The notes under the pieces were generated by a model. It saw only the letters and a list, made by a program, of their open reading frames with translations, did not search any database and was not told where the DNA came from. A program made the position numbers and the translations under genes. A stretch of DNA of 64,000 nucleotides from an uncultured Bordetella sp. (GTDB lineage Bacteria > Pseudomonadota > Gammaproteobacteria > Burkholderiales > SG8-41): assembly GCA_964433345.1 (NCBI GenBank), contig CAYSQJ010000003.1, forward strand, positions 160,365 to 224,364, in the 5' to 3' direction. Below are positions 60,887-64,000 of the stretch, piece by piece; position 1 is the stretch's first letter, and every line of letters starts with the position of its first letter.

Positions 60887-61360
60887 TCAGTGGGCGTGGT
60901 GGGCCTTCATGGGCTGGCCCTTGACGTCACGCACTTCGACTGACAGTTCGACCGACTCGCGCTTCCTGTCCGCCAGTTCGAAGGTCAGCGACAGCGGCAC
61001 CCTGTCGCCGGGCTTCAGGGGTTTCTGCAACTGCATCAGCATCACGTGATAACCGCCGGAAGCGAGCTTCACGCTCTTGCCGGCGGGAATGTCGATGCCA
61101 CTCACCGGAAACATGCGCATCACGCCGTTATCCATGCGCATGTTGTGCACCTCGGCGACCTTTGCAGCGGGAGTGGAGGCCGCAACGAGGCGCGCATTGG
61201 CCTTGGCGGTCAGTTCCATGAATGCGCCGGTGGCGCTCTGTCCCTGCACGGTGCCGCGGATCCAGGCATCTCTGACGGTTACGGTTTGCGCCTGCACAGC
61301 CGTTGCGCAGAGCATGGCGAAGAGCAGACCGCAGGATTTCAGCAGATTGGCGTGAAACAT
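60887..61360 (-). CDS. copper chaperone PCu(A)C
   Basis: 157 aa; signal peptide; H/M copper motif (VHNMRMDNGVMRM ... GGYHVMLM). Confidence 0.8.
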   Translation of the reverse strand: MFHANLLKSCGLLFAMLCATAVQAQTVTVRDAWIRGTVQGQSATGAFMELTAKANARLVAASTPAAKVAEVHNMRMDNGVMRMFPVSGIDIPAGKSVKLASGGYHVMLMQLQKPLKPGDRVPLSLTFELADRKRESVELSVEVRDVKGQPMKAHHAH

Positions 61361-61365
61361 AAAAT

Positions 61366-61390
61366 ATCCTTTAAAAACAAATACTTATAT
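61366..61390 (-). promoter_or_regulatory. AT-rich conserved motif immediately upstream of the PCu(A)C start codon
   Basis: minus strand TATAAGTATTTGTTTTTAAAGGATATTTT-ATG; first 20 nt identical to 37767-37786. Confidence 0.4.
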
Positions 61391-61457
61391 AGAGTCTTCC
61401 CGCCAAGCTGCGGAAAGATCGGGCGCACCCGGGGTGCACAATATTGCGGAGCGGGAA

Positions 61458-61823
61458 TCAGGCGCGCGGCGGTGCGCGCGGATTCAGCGGCTGGAATGAC
61501 GCGGAATCATGGGCGGCAAACGGCGCGGGAGCTGCAGGCAGAAGCAGCTCGGGAACCATCGCCACCAAATGGAAAACGGGTGTCGCCGCCGGCGGCAGCG
61601 CCGATCCCATGCACATCAGGCAATGCGCGGACTGGAGCTTGGTCTGCGGCGATCCCGGCAAGGACGCATCGCCGGTGATGCCGGTATCGACACGGCAGAT
61701 CGTCGCGAACGCCGTCGGATCGACGGCCTGGCGCACCACCGCAAGCGCCGGAAATGCGGTCGCGAACAGGAACGCCAGCAGGGCGGTCCCGGCGATCAGC
61801 CGGCGATGGATGAACAGGCGCAT
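61458..61823 (-). CDS. DUF2946-family protein
   Basis: 121 aa from MRLFIHRRL; N-terminal TM, HCLMC motif; usual partner of PCu(A)C genes. Confidence 0.6.
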   Translation of the reverse strand: MRLFIHRRLIAGTALLAFLFATAFPALAVVRQAVDPTAFATICRVDTGITGDASLPGSPQTKLQSAHCLMCMGSALPPAATPVFHLVAMVPELLLPAAPAPFAAHDSASFQPLNPRAPPRA

Positions 61824-61883
61824 GGGGCCGGATGTTACGCGCCGGCCGCGAAATGCGTCAAACACCGCGCCGGCACGCAGGCC

Positions 61884-63197
61884 TCACAGCACGTAGCGCG
61901 CGAGATCCTCGCTCTGCGCGAGATCCTTCAGCCGCGCATCGACATAGGCGGCATCGATGGTCACCGTCTCCTTGCGCCGGCCGGCGTTGAAGGACAGGTC
62001 TTCGAGCAGGCGCTCCATCACCGTGTGCAGGCGGCGTGCGCCGATGTTCTCGGTACGCTCGTTGACCTGCCAGGCGATCTCCGCCAGCCGTTTCACCGCA
62101 TCGGGCGTGAACACCAGCTCGACATCCTCGGTCCTGATCAGCGCCTCGTACTGGCGGATCAGGCAGGCATCGGTGCTGGTGAGGATGCGCTCGAAATCAT
62201 CGACGGTAAGATTCTGCAGCTCGACGCGGATCGGCAGCCGCCCCTGCAGTTCGGGTATCAGGTCCGAAGGCTTCGACAGGTGGAAGGCACCGCTGGCGAT
62301 GAACAGGATATGGTCGGTCCTGATCATGCCGTACTTGGTGGTCACCGTCGTGCCTTCGACCAGCGGCAGCAGGTCGCGCTGCACGCCCTGGCGCGAGACA
62401 TCGGCGCCCGACACCTCGGAACGCGTGGCGACCTTGTCGATTTCATCGATGAACACGATGCCGTTCTGCTCGACGTTGGCGACGGCCTCGAGCTTCAGCT
62501 CCTCGTCGTTGACGCGCTTCGCCGCCTCCTCGTCGATCAGCTGTTTCATCGCATCGGCGATTTTCATCTTGCGCGTCCGGCGCCGTCCCGCGCCGAGGTT
62601 CTGGAACATGCCCTGCAGCTGCGAGGTCAGGTCTTCCATGCCCGGCGGCGTCAGTATCTCCATCTGCGCCGGCGCTGCGGCAACCTCGATCTCGATTTCA
62701 CGCTCGTCGAGCGCGCCCTCGCGCAGCATCTTGCGGAATTTCTGCCGCGTCGCCGATTCGCTGTCGGTGGCGGTGTCGCGCGCCGGCGTCAGCAGCGCGT
62801 CGAGCACGCGCTCCTCGGCGCCGTCCTGCGCCTGGTGCTTGACCCGGCGCATCGCCTCGACCCGGGCGTCCTTGATCGCAGCATCAACCAGATCGCGGAT
62901 GATGGTGTCGACGTCGCGCCCGACATAGCCCACTTCCGTGAACTTGGTCGCCTCAACCTTGATGAAGGGCGCATTGGCCAGCCGCGCCAGCCGCCGCGCG
63001 ATCTCGGTCTTGCCGACGCCCGTCGGCCCGATCATCAGGATGTTTTTCGGCGTGATTTCCTGACGCAGCGGATCCGGCACCTGCTGCCGCCGCCAGCGGT
63101 TGCGCAGCGCGATGGCCACCGCGCGTTTGGCGGCATTCTGCCCGACGATGTGCTTGTCGAGTTCGTGGACGATTTCCTGCGGGGTCATGGGAGTCAT
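61884..63197 (-). CDS. hslU: ATP-dependent protease ATPase subunit HslU
   Basis: 437 aa; [17 protein letters not shown], Walker [16 protein letters not shown]; alternative ATG at 63188. Confidence 0.96.
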   Translation of the reverse strand: MTPMTPQEIVHELDKHIVGQNAAKRAVAIALRNRWRRQQVPDPLRQEITPKNILMIGPTGVGKTEIARRLARLANAPFIKVEATKFTEVGYVGRDVDTIIRDLVDAAIKDARVEAMRRVKHQAQDGAEERVLDALLTPARDTATDSESATRQKFRKMLREGALDEREIEIEVAAAPAQMEILTPPGMEDLTSQLQGMFQNLGAGRRRTRKMKIADAMKQLIDEEAAKRVNDEELKLEAVANVEQNGIVFIDEIDKVATRSEVSGADVSRQGVQRDLLPLVEGTTVTTKYGMIRTDHILFIASGAFHLSKPSDLIPELQGRLPIRVELQNLTVDDFERILTSTDACLIRQYEALIRTEDVELVFTPDAVKRLAEIAWQVNERTENIGARRLHTVMERLLEDLSFNAGRRKETVTIDAAYVDARLKDLAQSEDLARYVL

Positions 63198-63217
63198 GAG
63201 GGGCGGCTTGGTAAAAG

Positions 63218-63314
63218 TCAGGGGTGAGGGGTGAAGCGTTAGGGGTCAGGAGTGAGGAGTAAGTGCTAAGGCGAATGTCTCACTCCTTACTCCTCACTCC
63301 TGATCCCTTGCTCC
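63218..63314. repeat. heptamer-periodic palindromic element (hslV/hslU spacer)
   Basis: TCAGGAGTGAGGAGTAAG pairs with CTTACTCCTCACTCCTGA; further GTGAGGG/CCTTAC units on both sides. Confidence 0.85.
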
Positions 63315-63857
63315 TTACTCAAGTGTCTCAATAAGGTGTTGCTGGTTGGTATAGATGCAGAGATCGCCGGCAATCTCCAGCGATTTCTTGACGATGTCGG
63401 CCGGTGCGAGATCGGTGTTCTCGAGCAGCGCGCGCGCTGCGGACTGCGCATAGGCGCCGCCGCTGCCGATGGCGACCAAACCGTATTCCGGCTCCAGCAC
63501 GTCGCCGTTGCCGGTGATCACCAGCGAATGTTCACGGTCGGCCACCGACAGCATGGCTTCAAGGCGGCGCAGCATGCGGTCAGTGCGCCAGTCCTTAGCC
63601 AGTTCCACTGCGGAGCGCATCAGGTTGCCCTGGTGTTTTTCCAGTTTCGACTCGAAGCGCTCAAACAAGGTGAAGGCATCGGCGGTGCCGCCGGCAAAAC
63701 CGGCGAGGATGCGGTCCTGGTAGAGGCGGCGGATCTTGCGCGCGGTGGCCTTGACCACGATGTTGCCCAGGGTAACCTGGCCGTCGCCGCCGAGCGCCAC
63801 GCGCTTGCCGCGTCGTACGGAAAGTATGGTCGTGCCGTGAAAAACAGTGTCTGCCAT
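63315..63857 (-). CDS. hslV: ATP-dependent protease peptidase subunit HslV
   Basis: 180 aa from [16 protein letters not shown]; [12 protein letters not shown] motifs. Confidence 0.95.
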   Translation of the reverse strand: MADTVFHGTTILSVRRGKRVALGGDGQVTLGNIVVKATARKIRRLYQDRILAGFAGGTADAFTLFERFESKLEKHQGNLMRSAVELAKDWRTDRMLRRLEAMLSVADREHSLVITGNGDVLEPEYGLVAIGSGGAYAQSAARALLENTDLAPADIVKKSLEIAGDLCIYTNQQHLIETLE

Positions 63858-63917
63858 GGAATGCAAGCTCTTGATTATTGAAGGAATGCAGCGGCGGGGA
63901 TAAGACCTGCCTCTGTG

Positions 63918-63944
63918 ATATGAGGGCGGCGGCCGCGGTTTCAA
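63918..63944 (-). promoter_or_regulatory. sigma32-like heat-shock promoter for hslVU
   Basis: minus strand TTGAAA-N13-CCTCATAT versus consensus CTTGAAA-N13/14-CCCCATNT. Confidence 0.5.
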
Positions 63945-64000
63945 CCCGGCCGCGGATCAGGACTCCAGCCTGAACGATACCGGCACCCGCACCCAGGCTT

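Noticed and set aside
63957-64000. Possible 3' end of a minus-strand ORF (…AWVRVPVSFRLES*) at the window edge
   Set aside because: Only about 14 codons are visible and carry no recognisable motif. It cannot be supported as a feature.

Overview
GC-rich (about 65%) chromosomal segment with the gene content and synteny of a betaproteobacterium, possibly Rhodocyclales-like. That assignment is an inference from gene families only. All homology calls come from motifs I recognise by eye, and no searches were run. I support 61 protein-coding genes, almost all housekeeping:
- Energy and transport: lpdA (5' partial), a Bug/TctC binding protein, a three-gene 2-oxoacid oxidoreductase (GltD-like flavoprotein plus korA and korB), kup, ndh.
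- Sulfur: a Sox-like cluster.
- Cell envelope and biosynthesis: mtgA-aroE-TonB-like, an RNB ribonuclease, mpl, metH, ampG, xth, pyrE.
- Nitrogen, glutathione and PTS: porin-glnK-amtB, gshA-gshB, EIIA(Man)-ptsH-ptsI, metX-metW.
- Other: gatCAB, mreBCD-mrdA-rodA-rlpA, a DUF2946/PCuAC copper module, hslVU.
I found no rRNA, tRNA, CRISPR array, transposase, integrase or prophage gene.

The most unusual locus is 10348-16171 on the minus strand. A Tat-exported IorAB-type molybdenum hydroxylase is packed 11 nt upstream of soxX. It is followed by a SoxY-family carrier whose C-terminus is ...TELACLEG rather than the canonical GGCGG arm, then soxZ. Next comes an oppositely oriented, sigma54-promoted gene for a 58-aa secreted Cys-pair peptide, and then soxA plus a DUF1080 lipoprotein. 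No soxB or soxCD lies in the window.

Two non-coding sequence families recur:
1. Heptamer-periodic (GTGAGGN)n/(NCCTCAC)n palindromic elements, in 7 copies. All sit in spacers between co-directional genes, and one variant has compensatory arm changes.
2. AT-rich patches of about 30 bp carrying exact IHF-consensus matches. Two of them sit just upstream of good -24/-12 promoters.

Other regulatory candidates:
- A textbook NtrC/IHF/sigma54 region for porin-glnK-amtB.
- A hairpin that sequesters the kup Shine-Dalgarno sequence.
- A promoter, structured leader and terminator abutting the metX start codon.
- Promoters placed 6-8 nt from start codons, implying leaderless mRNAs.
- A sigma32-like hslVU promoter.

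Many long ORFs in the supplied track are antisense or out-of-frame artefacts of high GC and are not reported.
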